DNA from: Candidatus Zixiibacteriota bacterium
GTDB taxonomy: Bacteria > Zixibacteria > MSB-5A5 > UBA10806 > 4484-95
Assembly (NCBI GenBank): GCA_037441845.1
Contig: JBBIRK010000005.1
Coordinates: 128,001-192,000 of the forward strand
Direction: 5' to 3'
Length of the DNA stretch: 64,000 nt
Below the pieces are notes generated by a model that was not told the origin of the DNA, did no database searches, and saw only the letters and a program-made list of their open reading frames with translations. Positions 1 to 10,729 of the stretch are shown piece after piece. Position numbers and translations under genes: made by a program. Positions within the stretch are counted from its first letter, which is position 1; every line of letters starts with the position of its first letter.

Positions 1-1881
1 GGAAATGGTTCCGTTCATTTCATACCCTATTTTATCGCGGAAATATTCGAGAAGCTTGATCTTTATCGATTCCCGCTCCAGTTCGTCGGCGATAACCTCC
101 GTTTCCGAGCAATGTTTTCCGATTTCCGTCAGGCCTTTGCGGAACCCGGCCGCGGCCTCGGAATCGAGTTTGCCGGCGATGGCTATTTTCACTATGCGAT
201 GCAGATGCAGATCCGGATAGCGACGTATGGGCGACGTAAAATGAGCGTAAGTATCGAACGCAAGGCCGAAATGGCCGATATTTTCGGGTTGATAGACCGC
301 TTTCGCCAGCGAACGCAGCATCAATTGATGGATGAACTCCTCATCTTTTTGGCCTTTGATTTTTTCCAGCACTCTTTGCAGCTTTTTAGGGGTAATGTCA
401 CCCTTGAAATTGAATTTATATCCCATTTCCGCGAGCAGTTCGGCGAAATTGTCGATTTTTGTCTTATCGGGCCGATCGTGCACGCGATATAAAATAGGGG
501 CCGCCAGCGATTGCATCTGTTTGGCGACTATGCAATTGGCAACCAACATGAATTCCTCTATCAACCGGTGGCTGTCGTATCGGGGATAACGGAAGATATC
601 GACGATGTTTCCTTTGGTGTCGAGCACGACTTTGGGTTCCGGCAAATCGAAATCGAGGCTGCCTTCTTTGAGTCTTTTGTTTCTAAGAATTTTCGCCAAT
701 TCATTCATATCCAATAGAAGGTCTTTGAATGGAGCCGTTTTCGCGTTCGGATTCCCGTCGAGGCACGCTTGAACGTCATCATAATTGAGTGAAGCTCTGC
801 TTCTGATCACGCTCGGAACGATCGAGTGCTTTTTGATGTTTCCCGCCCGGTCGATATCGGCGAACACGCTCAAGGTGAGACGATCCACGCCTTCGTGAAG
901 GCTGCAGACATCGCCGGACAGTTTTTCCGGCAACATTGGGATCACCCGATCAACCAGATAGATCGAATTTCCCCGAAGCAACGCTTCCCGATCAAGATCG
1001 CTTCCAGCCTTCACATAGTGCGAAACATCGGCGATATGCACCCCGAGTTTCCACATGCCGTTCTCCGTTCGTTCGAGACTCACGGCATCATCATGGTCTT
1101 TGGCGTCGGCCGGATCGATCGTGAACACCGGGATTTTTCGCAGGTCAAGTCTGCCTTTCAGATCCGCGGCGGTGATCTTGACCGGGATTCCTTTCGATTC
1201 GCGCTGGCTCTCCGGTGAAAATTCGATGGGCACGCCCGACGAACGGACCAAAGCATCGATATCGACCCCCGGAGACCCGGCGGGCCCCAGAATTTCGGAT
1301 ATTTTCCCGGTGGGCGGCAGATAATCCGCCTTCCAATCATAGAGAACCACGACCGCCATATGGTCGGGTTTGAGGGCGAGTCCTTCAGGATTATCGACCG
1401 CTATATTCACCGAAAGCCTTGGATCATCGGGATTCAGAAGCCAGCCGTGCCTTGTCTTTATCAACCTTCCCACAATCTGTTTCCCCTGCCGTTCCAAAAC
1501 CCTAACGACTTTACCTTCGCGGCTTTTACCCCGGCGGAATCTCTTGAGTTCGACAATGACTTTTTCGCCGTGCATAGCGCCGCCGAGATCATCCTCCGAG
1601 ATAAAAATTTCGCCGCTGCCATCCTCGGGGATTGCGAAACCGATTCCCGACCTGGCCACGATCAGCCTCGCTCTGATTTTGCCCAGAGAACCCGGCAAAC
1701 CGAGTCTGCCACCCCGTTTATATTCTATTTGGCCGCTGGCTATGGCGTCTTTAATCGATTTGCGGAATCTGCGATAATTAGTATCACCTACTTTCATGAT
1801 CCGGGCCAGTTCCCGCGGCCTCGGAGGCCTGCCTGTTTCGGCGATCGCTTTTTTAATCGCTTCGATATTAATATCATTCAT
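1..1881 (-). CDS. rnr: Ribonuclease R (3' end runs off the window; absent from ORF track)
   Basis: Manual translation: start MNDINIEAIKKAIAETGRPPRPRELARIMK, cold-shock region GIGFAIPEDGSGEIFISEDDLGGAMHGEKV, RNB signature AVYQPENIGHFGLAFDTYAHFTSPIRRYPDLHLHR near 195-300. Confidence 0.95.
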   Translation of the reverse strand, partial: MNDINIEAIKKAIAETGRPPRPRELARIMKVGDTNYRRFRKSIKDAIASGQIEYKRGGRLGLPGSLGKIRARLIVARSGIGFAIPEDGSGEIFISEDDLGGAMHGEKVIVELKRFRRGKSREGKVVRVLERQGKQIVGRLIKTRHGWLLNPDDPRLSVNIAVDNPEGLALKPDHMAVVVLYDWKADYLPPTGKISEILGPAGSPGVDIDALVRSSGVPIEFSPESQRESKGIPVKITAADLKGRLDLRKIPVFTIDPADAKDHDDAVSLERTENGMWKLGVHIADVSHYVKAGSDLDREALLRGNSIYLVDRVIPMLPEKLSGDVCSLHEGVDRLTLSVFADIDRAGNIKKHSIVPSVIRSRASLNYDDVQACLDGNPNAKTAPFKDLLLDMNELAKILRNKRLKEGSLDFDLPEPKVVLDTKGNIVDIFRYPRYDSHRLIEEFMLVANCIVAKQMQSLAAPILYRVHDRPDKTKIDNFAELLAEMGYKFNFKGDITPKKLQRVLEKIKGQKDEEFIHQLMLRSLAKAVYQPENIGHFGLAFDTYAHFTSPIRRYPDLHLHRIVKIAIAGKLDSEAAAGFRKGLTEIGKHCSETEVIADELERESIKIKLLEYFRDKIGYEMNGTIS

Positions 1882-1963
1882 GGCATGCTCTCTTATGCGC
1901 CGGCGGCAGCGGCGTTGCATATTTAATTAGTAAATCGTCAATCTGAATCGGCGTTTATTGCGA

Positions 1964-2548
1964 CTACGAATCCGATTTTTTCCAAGCATAGCGCCCGCTG
2001 AACAGATTTTTCAATGCCTTCATCTGTTCCGGCTCGACCATCGGGAACAATCCGTCCGCCGAATAACCTATCGCAATCATGGCGACCGGCAGATATTTCG
2101 GCGCGATATCGAGAATCCGCTGAAGGTAGGTGGCCATGGTCGGGGTATAACAGCGCGCCCCAAGCCCTTCCTCATCCGCGGCCAGAAGAAGATTTCCCAG
2201 CGCCAACCAGGTTGATGCCGCCCAATATGGTTGTCCGGCCATGCCGCACACGATAAATATGCAGGGAGCTTCTTCGAGGAAAGACATCCGCCAAGATTCA
2301 TTCGTCACCGCATTTTCTTTTTGCGAGGCCCCCAGACAATAGGCTTTTTCCGCTTTTTCCGCCGCCTCTTTTATCTCCCTTTTCTTCGCCTTTTCGGTTA
2401 TAACCACTATTTTTATAGAGGATTTGGAGTTGCCGTTTAGCGGGTTTACCGCCGCTTTCAGAAGCCTGTTGATTTTTTCGCTGCTTAGGGGTTTGTCCGA
2501 GAAACGGTCAACGCTTTGATGCTTTTTTATTATTTCGAAAATGTTCAT
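1964..2548 (-). CDS. Nitroreductase-fold protein, iodotyrosine-deiodinase-like, with degenerate FMN motifs
   Basis: KREIKEAAEKAE, FLEEAP, LGNLLLAADEEGLG and IGY match the nitroreductase pattern; RRSxR appears as HQSVD and APSxxN as NPLNGN. Confidence 0.7.
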   Translation of the reverse strand: MNIFEIIKKHQSVDRFSDKPLSSEKINRLLKAAVNPLNGNSKSSIKIVVITEKAKKREIKEAAEKAEKAYCLGASQKENAVTNESWRMSFLEEAPCIFIVCGMAGQPYWAASTWLALGNLLLAADEEGLGARCYTPTMATYLQRILDIAPKYLPVAMIAIGYSADGLFPMVEPEQMKALKNLFSGRYAWKKSDS

Positions 2549-4131
2549 AGTTTCAATGTACCGTCAAAATAAGCAACCACGCCATTAAAAATCGTTGCCA
2601 AGATATCGATATCGGGAATTTTGTCAATCGGCAGCCGAAATGGATCATCTGAGAGAACGGTGAAATCGGCGGCGGCGCCCACTTTTAGCACTCCCGTTTT
2701 ATTTTCCCAGCGACATAAGGCGGCGGCGCCCTCGGTATAGCAGCGGATCGCCTGGGCGACGGTAACGCTTTGCTCCGGAAACCATGTTTGTCGGTTATCG
2801 CCGTGCTTTTTGCGGGCGATCGCGGCGTAGATTCCGAGTCTGGGATCGGCGTTTTCGACCGGGCTGTCGGAACCGAATCCTACCGTTGCTCCGCTTTTCA
2901 ACAAATGGTTCAACGGGTAAGCATTCCCGGCTCTCGGCCCCCAATATTTATCGGCGACATCACGATCCGCGGCGATATGAATCGGCTGAACCGAGGCCCC
3001 GATATCGAGCCTCTTGAATTTGGAGATATCTTCTTTCCGTAATATCTGGGCATGTTCGATTCGATGCTTTAGTCCCAGTTTTTTGGAGATCGCCTGCTTG
3101 CGCGCAAAAAAATCGAGCACTTCCGCATTGGCTCGGTCGCCTATCGCATGGATCGCCAGGGAAATTCCTTTTAGATGAGTTCTTTCATAATACATTTCGA
3201 GCTGTTCGCTCGTCAAAGCCGCCACTCCGCAGTTATCCTGACTGCCTTCATAAGGCTCAAACATCAGAGCCGTCTGCGATCCGAGCGACCCGTCATAATA
3301 AAGCTTGAGATTCCCCACCGTGATGCCGCCGTGTCCATCGCCGGATTTCAATCCCAGTTGTCCGACAGAATCGATATCATCGGGGGAAAGCATAACGAAC
3401 ACCCGTAATTTCAAATTGCCCTTCGCCGCCGCTTTCTCGAACAGCCCCAATCGTCCGGCATACCAGTCGCAGTCGGCCGCGCCTGTGATACCCAGCGAAT
3501 TCAATTTCTTTCCTGCACGTTTGACCGCGTCGAGCTTTTGTTCTTCTGTGGGCGGCGGCAAGACCTTTTCGAAAATCTGGATGGCGTTCTCGAAAATAAT
3601 TCCGGTCGGTTCGCCGTTCGAGAAGCGTTTAATCAATCCGCCCGGTGGATCCGGTGTCGTATCGTCGATTCCCGCCGCTTTCAGCGCGGCCGAATTCACC
3701 CATAGGGCATGGCCGTCTTTCGAATATAAATAAACGGGATTGTCGGGGCAGATCTTGTCGAGTATCGTTTTGTCGGGAAAAGAGCCGCCCCAGATGTTCT
3801 TATCCCACCCGCGTCCGATAAGCCAGCGTCCCGGCGATAATTTTCGGGCCGCCACGCTGATAAGGGTGATCGCTTTGTTCATAGTATTGGCTGCAGATAG
3901 ATCGACGCGCTGAAGGCTGAATCCCAGCCCCAACAAATGCAGATGGCAATCGATGAAGCCGGGCACGACCACGTTTCCGTTCAGATCGATCACCTCGAAA
4001 CCGCGCCTTTTCAAATCTTTCATTTTGACCGATGGTCCGATTTCGAAGATCTTTCCGTCGAAAACGGCGATCGAATCCGCTCTCAATTTTTCGGGGCCGT
4101 AAATTACGGCATTTATAAACAGTTTTTTCAT
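2545..4131 (-). CDS. Amidohydrolase 3 family (YtcJ-like) metallohydrolase
   Basis: PGFIDCHLH, KLYYDGSLGSQTA, IHAIGDRA, RIEHAQ, FGSDSP. Confidence 0.9.
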   Translation of the reverse strand: MKKLFINAVIYGPEKLRADSIAVFDGKIFEIGPSVKMKDLKRRGFEVIDLNGNVVVPGFIDCHLHLLGLGFSLQRVDLSAANTMNKAITLISVAARKLSPGRWLIGRGWDKNIWGGSFPDKTILDKICPDNPVYLYSKDGHALWVNSAALKAAGIDDTTPDPPGGLIKRFSNGEPTGIIFENAIQIFEKVLPPPTEEQKLDAVKRAGKKLNSLGITGAADCDWYAGRLGLFEKAAAKGNLKLRVFVMLSPDDIDSVGQLGLKSGDGHGGITVGNLKLYYDGSLGSQTALMFEPYEGSQDNCGVAALTSEQLEMYYERTHLKGISLAIHAIGDRANAEVLDFFARKQAISKKLGLKHRIEHAQILRKEDISKFKRLDIGASVQPIHIAADRDVADKYWGPRAGNAYPLNHLLKSGATVGFGSDSPVENADPRLGIYAAIARKKHGDNRQTWFPEQSVTVAQAIRCYTEGAAALCRWENKTGVLKVGAAADFTVLSDDPFRLPIDKIPDIDILATIFNGVVAYFDGTLKL

Positions 4132-5993
4132 GAGTTGGCTCCCGGAACTCGATAATCGCCTTCTCGGCGGGTTACCTCGAGCGAATCAAGTTTTTCCAAT
4201 ATTGGAATCATGTATTTCCGGGTTGTCCCCAAGTAATCTTTAAGTTGGGACGCCGTAGCTTTTCCTACCTGAGTCAAATACGACGATACCCTGGCCGCCA
4301 CCGTGGAGAAATCGTCTTTGGTGAGAAGCACGCCGCCGTTTAGCTCGATGATGTCGCCTTGGTCGCGAAGAAAATTTATGATTATCTCGAAAGCAGGGTT
4401 CCTCTCGATAAATTCTTTTTTCAACGGCGACGCCAGCGGCTTGGCGGACAGCACCGCCATCAGCTCTTGTGCGAGTTTTTTCTGGTCGGATTTCAGGTGA
4501 GGCAGGTATCCTTTGATTTTCAGCATGCCGTTGGTTTGTTCCAGCTCGCCGATCGAAATCATGTGATCGATAATTTTCGACAATTCCGCCACCGGCAGTT
4601 TCAGCTTTCTCGAGATTTCCCCGGGCGCAACGCCGGCTGCCCAGGGTTGCTGCCGATGGAAAGAATCCAAAAATTCTTTTATATGATCGACATATTTATC
4701 CAGGTAAGAGCGATCGATAAGCTCCGTTCCCGATTTCATCACGTTTTGCGCCCCAGCCAGATAATCGCTCAATTCTTTTTCGGTGAAACGGCTGTTCAGT
4801 TTCAGCCGTTTGAGGTCGAGACATCCGAAGCGCGCCAAATCGGTCTTCACTATGGATTCGATATCAAGCCGCCGGCGTATTTTCAATAACTCCGCCTGAC
4901 GAGTCTTCGACAATTTGATATCCGCGTAGTCCCAATCCAGAACCGTGCCTCCGCCGATTGTCCCCTGGGGGCTGATTTTCCTGATGATAAATCTGTCTCC
5001 GATTCTGCAGCAGATTTCTCTTGACAGTTTGATCACCGCAATCCCCGTGGAATCGGCCTCGAGCCTGTCGCAATCGAGGAATTTCACTTTGCCGGTCATT
5101 CCGGCGGTTCCAATATGAAATTGAATCTCGGCGTTGTTTTTCAACGGAAAGGACAACCCGGGCAGCGCAATTATCTCCGCCGCGATTATGGAGGTCGGCT
5201 TGAACCTGCCGGGCAACACCAGCGCCGATCCCCGAATCGCATTATCATGACCTATCCCACCGAGATTAACCGCCACGCGGCTGATCGGCATCGCCATTTC
5301 GATCGTTCGTTTGTGATTTTGAAGAGATCGCACCCTTACAAGTTTTCCAGCCGGGCACAATTCGAGCTCTTGACCCGTCCGGATCGAACCCTCGATTAAT
5401 GTTCCGGTCACTACGGTTCCTGAACCTTTGGCGACGAAACTCCGATCGATATACAACCGCGGTGAATCAAGATTTTTGACTCTCGGCGCGCGCGCGAGTA
5501 TCGCCCCGATAGATTCCATGATTTCATGTTTGCCTTTTCCCTCCGGCGCGTTGAAACAAACTATATCCGAATGTTCAAGAAAAGTCCCTTTCGTCCGCGA
5601 GCGTATCTCTTTCTTTCTTGATTCGATCATCTCATTGTCGACGATATCCACTTTGGTTAAAACAATCAGCCCGGATTCTATTCCTAATAGCGACAAAATC
5701 TGAAGATGCTCGGTCGATTGAGGCATCCAACCGTCATCAGCGGCGACTACGAACAAAACGGCATCTATGGAGCCGACGCCGGCAACCATATTTTTAATAA
5801 ATCGCTCGTGTCCGGGAACATCGACGACTCCCACCGGTTCGCCGTTTGGAAGATCGAACCAGGCGAAACCAAGATCTATGGTCAGCCCGCGCGCTATTTC
5901 CTCAGGCAGTCGATCAGGATCTATGCCGGTCAACGCTTTCACCAGCGTGGATTTGCCATGATCGATATGGCCGGCGGTGGCGATTACGTGCAT
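4128..5993 (-). CDS. selB: Selenocysteine-specific elongation factor
   Basis: [24 protein letters not shown]-terminal winged helix [14 protein letters not shown]. Confidence 0.97.
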   Translation of the reverse strand: MHVIATAGHIDHGKSTLVKALTGIDPDRLPEEIARGLTIDLGFAWFDLPNGEPVGVVDVPGHERFIKNMVAGVGSIDAVLFVVAADDGWMPQSTEHLQILSLLGIESGLIVLTKVDIVDNEMIESRKKEIRSRTKGTFLEHSDIVCFNAPEGKGKHEIMESIGAILARAPRVKNLDSPRLYIDRSFVAKGSGTVVTGTLIEGSIRTGQELELCPAGKLVRVRSLQNHKRTIEMAMPISRVAVNLGGIGHDNAIRGSALVLPGRFKPTSIIAAEIIALPGLSFPLKNNAEIQFHIGTAGMTGKVKFLDCDRLEADSTGIAVIKLSREICCRIGDRFIIRKISPQGTIGGGTVLDWDYADIKLSKTRQAELLKIRRRLDIESIVKTDLARFGCLDLKRLKLNSRFTEKELSDYLAGAQNVMKSGTELIDRSYLDKYVDHIKEFLDSFHRQQPWAAGVAPGEISRKLKLPVAELSKIIDHMISIGELEQTNGMLKIKGYLPHLKSDQKKLAQELMAVLSAKPLASPLKKEFIERNPAFEIIINFLRDQGDIIELNGGVLLTKDDFSTVAARVSSYLTQVGKATASQLKDYLGTTRKYMIPILEKLDSLEVTRREGDYRVPGANS

Positions 5994-7342
5994 GCTTTCA
6001 GCGCCTTTATAATCTCAGGATCTTGCTCCGGAAAAACGGTCATTAAATCGATCGCTATTTTGCCTTTATTATTACGTGCGATAATCGGCGGATTCCATCG
6101 TCTAAGAGCTTCATCAAGCCCCTCGATAATATCCGTGGCGATTATCCCGAAACTATCAAGCTCCGCCAGCGGCGTCGAACCGCCTCCTGCGGCGCTCTTT
6201 AGAGCGACCGGCTTGAGCGGACGATCCGGAAGCTCCTGGCAAATGCGCGCTGCCCGCTCTTGCAAGATATCAATACTGCACTTCATCAATTTGCCGATAA
6301 GCGCAGTTTCATTTCCAAGAATATACGAATGCAGTGTTTGTTCGAGCGCGCAAAGACAAAGTTTATCCGGTCTGACGGGCCGATAAAGCGGATGCTTGTT
6401 GAGCATTGCAATATATTTCTTTTTTCCCACGATTATACCCGCCTGCGGCCCGCCAAGCAATTTGTCGCCGGAAAAACAGACCAGATCCACTCCTGATTTT
6501 ACCGCCGATCGTATATCCGGCTCGATCTTCAGCTCCCCGCGGCCGAAATCGCTATACATACCAGATCCAAGGTCGTAAAGGCTGACGACTTTATTTTTCC
6601 TGGCTATGGCGGCGATGTCGGACGCGGCTGCTTCGGAAACAAAACCGATTTGAGCGAAATTGGAACGATGCACTTTCATCACCAGACCGGTATTGCGTCC
6701 GATAGCCCGGCGATAGTCGTTCAGACTGGTTCGGTTGGTCGTGCCGATTTCGCGCAATTTGGCCGCCGCTGCCCCCACGATATCGGGGATACGAAAACCG
6801 CCTCCTATCTGGATAAGTTCGCCGCGGGATACCACTACTTCTTGATCCCGGGCAAAAGCGTTGACGGCGAGCATGATCGCCGCCGCACAATTATTGACAA
6901 CCAGCCCGGCCTCGGCACCGGCAAGCACCGCGGCCATCTCCCCCGCGAGTTCTCCTCTCTTGGAACGTTTTCCCGCCGACACGTCGAATTCGAGATTGCA
7001 GTAATTAGTGGCGATTTGCGTCACTTTTTCCATTACATTCGCATCGATCGGTGATCGGCCGAGATTGGTGTGCAATACGACACCGGTGGCGTTGATCACC
7101 GGATTGATAAAAGAGGCCCGACGTAATGCGAAGCTTTCGATCACGGTTTCGGCTATATGATCGGCGCTCGGGATTTTGCCGGTTTTTTCCGACTCCTTTC
7201 GACCGTTTTCGACCACTTTCTTGACGATATACGAAACGTAGGCAAAAGACCATTCATCAAACAACCGCTTTATATCTTCCCGCTCGAGTATCGCCGATAC
7301 CGAGGGAATTTGTCTCAATCGCTGATAACTTTTAACGGCCAT
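5984..7342 (-). CDS. selA: L-seryl-tRNA(Sec) selenium transferase
   Basis: VINATGVVLHTNLGRS, SRGELIQIGGGFRIPD, FSGDKLLGGPQAG (PLP lysine). Confidence 0.97.
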   Translation of the reverse strand: MAVKSYQRLRQIPSVSAILEREDIKRLFDEWSFAYVSYIVKKVVENGRKESEKTGKIPSADHIAETVIESFALRRASFINPVINATGVVLHTNLGRSPIDANVMEKVTQIATNYCNLEFDVSAGKRSKRGELAGEMAAVLAGAEAGLVVNNCAAAIMLAVNAFARDQEVVVSRGELIQIGGGFRIPDIVGAAAAKLREIGTTNRTSLNDYRRAIGRNTGLVMKVHRSNFAQIGFVSEAAASDIAAIARKNKVVSLYDLGSGMYSDFGRGELKIEPDIRSAVKSGVDLVCFSGDKLLGGPQAGIIVGKKKYIAMLNKHPLYRPVRPDKLCLCALEQTLHSYILGNETALIGKLMKCSIDILQERAARICQELPDRPLKPVALKSAAGGGSTPLAELDSFGIIATDIIEGLDEALRRWNPPIIARNNKGKIAIDLMTVFPEQDPEIIKALKACT

Positions 7343-8367
7343 TTTCCCTTTTCGACTACCTTACCGATGATCCAATAGCGCTGATCGAGTTCTTTGAAGC
7401 TGCGTTCGAGAACACCGGAACGTTCGCTGGGAATGCATATTATCAATCCACCCGAGGTCTGAGCATCGCACAGAATCTTCCTGCGATTCAAGGGAATCGA
7501 TTCGTCCCATTCGACATATCCGGCGGAATGACTAAGATTGGCGTTGGTGCCGCCCGGGAAAAGGTCGAGTTCCGCCAGCTCCTCGACACCATTCATCAAA
7601 GGGACGGATTCGAGGCTGACAATTGCGGATACATTCGAGGCGTTGATTAATTCCAACAGGTGACCTATCAGTCCATAACCGGTGACATCGGTGGCCGCTT
7701 TAACGCCGGCGGCAATGGCGGCTTTCGACGCTCGATCGTTAAGTGCGGCCATTTCGTCGATCGCAGCAGCTACGATATCATCAGCGGCCTTGTTGGCTTT
7801 AGCTGCAGTGGTTATAAGGCCGGAGCCGATCGGTTTGGTCAAATAAAGTAGGTCCCCTGGTTTGCACGCCTCATTAGTCATCAATTTATCTACGCCTACT
7901 TTGCCGGTTACCGCCAGGCCGTAAAACGGTTCAGGGCTCTTTACTGAATGCCCACCGATGATAGGCACCCCCGCATTCCGAGTGGCATGTTGACCGCCCG
8001 AAAGGATCTCCACCAGCACATCCAGCGGCAACTTGTTTTCGGGAAACCCGACGATATTCAGAGCGGCGATCGGCTCGGCGCCCATGGCATAGATATCCGA
8101 CAGGGCATTGGCCGCCGCAATTCGGCCGAAATCCCACGGCGAATCGACCACCGGCGTAAAATAATCCACGGTCAGCACGAGCCCGGTCTGCCGGTCGTAC
8201 CGCACCACTCCGGCATCGTCGAAATGCTTTGTCCCGACAATTACCTCGGGAAATTGCTCCGTTTTTATCTGACTCAGAACCTGAGCCAGCGCCGTCGGCG
8301 AGAATTTGCTCGCTCAGCCTGCGCAGGCCGCGTATTCGGTCAGGCGTATTTTCTTTTCATTCGCCAC
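7315..8367 (-). CDS. selD: Selenide, water dikinase; selenoprotein (350 aa, Sec at codon 18)
   Basis: GTG 8367 gives MANEKKIRLTEYAACAG-TGA-ASKFSP, in frame with the 297-aa ORF (TVDYFTPVVD, AANALSDIYAMG, TDVTGYGL, DAQTSGGL); TGA occupies the catalytic Cys/Sec position. Confidence 0.95.
8269..8289 (-). promoter_or_regulatory. Bacterial SECIS hairpin of selD
   Basis: mRNA CUGGCUCAG-GUU-CUGAGUCAG: 9-bp stem (one G-U), G-led apical loop 33 nt after the UGA at 8314-8316. Confidence 0.75.
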
Positions 8368-8559
8368 AGCCGGACTTTCGTTTAAAATCGATTTACACCG
8401 TTCAACTTCAAAAGTCGACGGCGTATATAATAGCAGATTCTGATGAATGATTCAACGATAAAAACCTATACAAGAAAAGCGATTTGCATTAAATTGTGAC
8501 CAATGAAACCAGGCTTAATCGAATTAAGTATAAATGGCGAAAGCGACGGTGATGATTAG

Positions 8560-10080
8560 ATGAAATCGATTAGGATAATCGGCGTTATTCTTATCGTGAT
8601 ATTGGGAGCATTCCTCGGTTCGGCATCCACCTACGGCATTCTTAAATTTATCGAAAGCTGGAAAGAAAAGTATGCGACAAGAGAAACCACACAGGAAGAA
8701 GTGATCGATACCAATACGGCTAAAGGCCCTGCCACAACGAATAATGTCAATACCTCAGTGGCTGAATCCAGACGAAACGCGATCGTGGAAGCCGCCAGAA
8801 AAGTGGGGCCGGCCACCGTATCGATTTCGGTGACTCAAACGCAGGTGTATCGCCAGACCAATCCGGGATTCGGCGCGGATTTTTGGGACTATTTTTTTTA
8901 CGGACCGCGCGAATACCGACGCAAAACCCATTCGCTCGGCTCGGGCATCATAATCAATCCGGAGGGATATATTCTCACCAATGACCATGTGGTCCGCGGC
9001 GCCGATGAAATTACCATAACCTTGACCTCGGGCGAGCAATTCAACGGAAAACTGATAGGCAGCGACGAAACGACCGACCTGGCGGTATTGCGGATAATGT
9101 CCAGTAGAACCGATTTCCCATACGCGCGCCTGGGCGACTCGGATAACCTGATAATCGGAGAATGGGCCATCGCCATAGGCAATCCATTCGGCTTTCTTCT
9201 CGATGATCCGAATCCGACGGTTACCGTGGGGGTGATTTCGGCGACAAACCGCGATATCCGGCCCGAGGCAGGATTCAAGCAGGTTTTCCGCAACATGATC
9301 CAGACCGATGCCGCCATCAATCCAGGCAATTCCGGCGGGCCGCTGGTGAACGCGTTCGGGGAAGTAATCGGAATCAACACTTTCATATTCAGCTCGAGCC
9401 GGGGCTCCGAGGGAATCGGTTTCGCCATTCCGGTGAACCGCGCTAAAACGATCCTGTCCGATTTGATCGAAACCGGACAAGTTGTCAAAAGCTGGGTGGG
9501 CATGAAAGTGCAACGAATTGATCAGCAACTGATCCGTCAATTAGGCCTGAGTGCCAAATCCGGTATCGCGGTGCTGGCAGTAGATGACATGTCACCGGCG
9601 CAAAAAGCAGGCGTCAGGCCGGCGGATATCCCGCTTTCGGTGAACGGCCGCCCGGTGACCCGGGAATCGGATTGGGCGGACATCATGAATTTCGCCCGAA
9701 TTGGCGAGCCGCTGACGTTGAAAATCCTGCGTGGGAAAGATACAACCGAGATACAGTTGGTGCCGGAAGAAGAACCGGTGCAATCGGCCCCCTCCTTTAC
9801 CGACGGTTTCGGCTTAAACGTAATCGCCATCACCCGTAAAGTGGCAAGTTATTATGGCATTCAAGATGACCGGGGTGTTCTTATCACCTCGTTTTCGCCG
9901 AACGGGCCGGCCAGAGATTGGGGGTTTCAGGAAGGCGACATAATTCGGGGCATAAACCGCCGTCCAATCACCTCGCTCGATGAGTACAAAAGGATTATGA
10001 GCCAGCTACGTCGAGGCTATCAGGTTATGTTCATTATCGAACGGCAGGGAGAGCTGTATTATTTGGTGGCGGTGGCCTGA
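8560..10080 (+). CDS. degP: HtrA/DegP serine protease with N-terminal membrane anchor and two PDZ domains
   Basis: LTNDHVV, TDLAVL, IQTDAAINPGNSGGPLVN, GIGFAIP. Confidence 0.93.
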   Translation: MKSIRIIGVILIVILGAFLGSASTYGILKFIESWKEKYATRETTQEEVIDTNTAKGPATTNNVNTSVAESRRNAIVEAARKVGPATVSISVTQTQVYRQTNPGFGADFWDYFFYGPREYRRKTHSLGSGIIINPEGYILTNDHVVRGADEITITLTSGEQFNGKLIGSDETTDLAVLRIMSSRTDFPYARLGDSDNLIIGEWAIAIGNPFGFLLDDPNPTVTVGVISATNRDIRPEAGFKQVFRNMIQTDAAINPGNSGGPLVNAFGEVIGINTFIFSSSRGSEGIGFAIPVNRAKTILSDLIETGQVVKSWVGMKVQRIDQQLIRQLGLSAKSGIAVLAVDDMSPAQKAGVRPADIPLSVNGRPVTRESDWADIMNFARIGEPLTLKILRGKDTTEIQLVPEEEPVQSAPSFTDGFGLNVIAITRKVASYYGIQDDRGVLITSFSPNGPARDWGFQEGDIIRGINRRPITSLDEYKRIMSQLRRGYQVMFIIERQGELYYLVAVA

Positions 10081-10124
10081 CGGCATGATGGATAAATCGT
10101 AATAAAGGCGAATATCTTGGCCCT

Positions 10125-10154
10125 AAAAAATTACGCCCGACTGATGCCGGGCGT
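10125..10154 (-). terminator. Intrinsic terminator of the oxidoreductase operon
   Basis: ACGCCCG-N8-CGGGCGT followed by AATTTTTT on the minus strand, between convergent genes. Confidence 0.6.
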
Positions 10155-10182
10155 CAGCGGATTAAACCATTAACGCTCGAAA

Positions 10183-10719
10183 CTATTTCGCCGCTTGCGC
10201 ACCCTTATCGATCGCTTGGCGATTCATCTCCAACACTTTTTCGCTGGCCCGGGCATAGACTTTCGGCAGCGATTTTTTCAAAGCCTCAAGCGATATTGCG
10301 CCGCTTCTTTGAGCATAAGCCCCCAGCATCACCATATTAGCGCACTTTATATTGCCGAGGCTTTCGGCTATTTCATTGGCGGGAACTTCCACCGAGACGA
10401 TATCGGTGCGTTTCGAACGCGAAGCCACCAGGGAGGTATTGATATAAAGCACACCGCCCGATTTCAGCTTTGGTTCGAACCTGGTTAAAGACGGTTCATT
10501 GAGAACCAGCAGCGAATCCGGAAAGGCCACCACGGGCGAGGCGATTTCTTCCGAAGAAATCACCACCGAGCAGTTGGCGGTTCCACCGCGCATCTCGGCG
10601 CCATAGGCCGGAAAGAACGTGACATGTTTGCCGTCAATCATCCCCGCATAGGCCAAAAGCACTCCACCGGAGATCACCCCCTGCCCACCGAATCCTGACA
10701 TGATCAAACCCTGATACAT
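10183..10719 (-). CDS. 2-oxoacid:ferredoxin oxidoreductase gamma subunit
   Basis: GFGGQG, YGAEMRGGTANC, ANMVMLGA. Confidence 0.93.
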   Translation of the reverse strand: MYQGLIMSGFGGQGVISGGVLLAYAGMIDGKHVTFFPAYGAEMRGGTANCSVVISSEEIASPVVAFPDSLLVLNEPSLTRFEPKLKSGGVLYINTSLVASRSKRTDIVSVEVPANEIAESLGNIKCANMVMLGAYAQRSGAISLEALKKSLPKVYARASEKVLEMNRQAIDKGAQAAK

Positions 10720-10729
10720 CGCCTCTCCC

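Noticed and set aside
7315..8367. selD as a truncated gene or pseudogene (297-aa ORF)
   Set aside because: The single in-frame TGA sits at the catalytic position with a SECIS-like hairpin, next to selA and selB.
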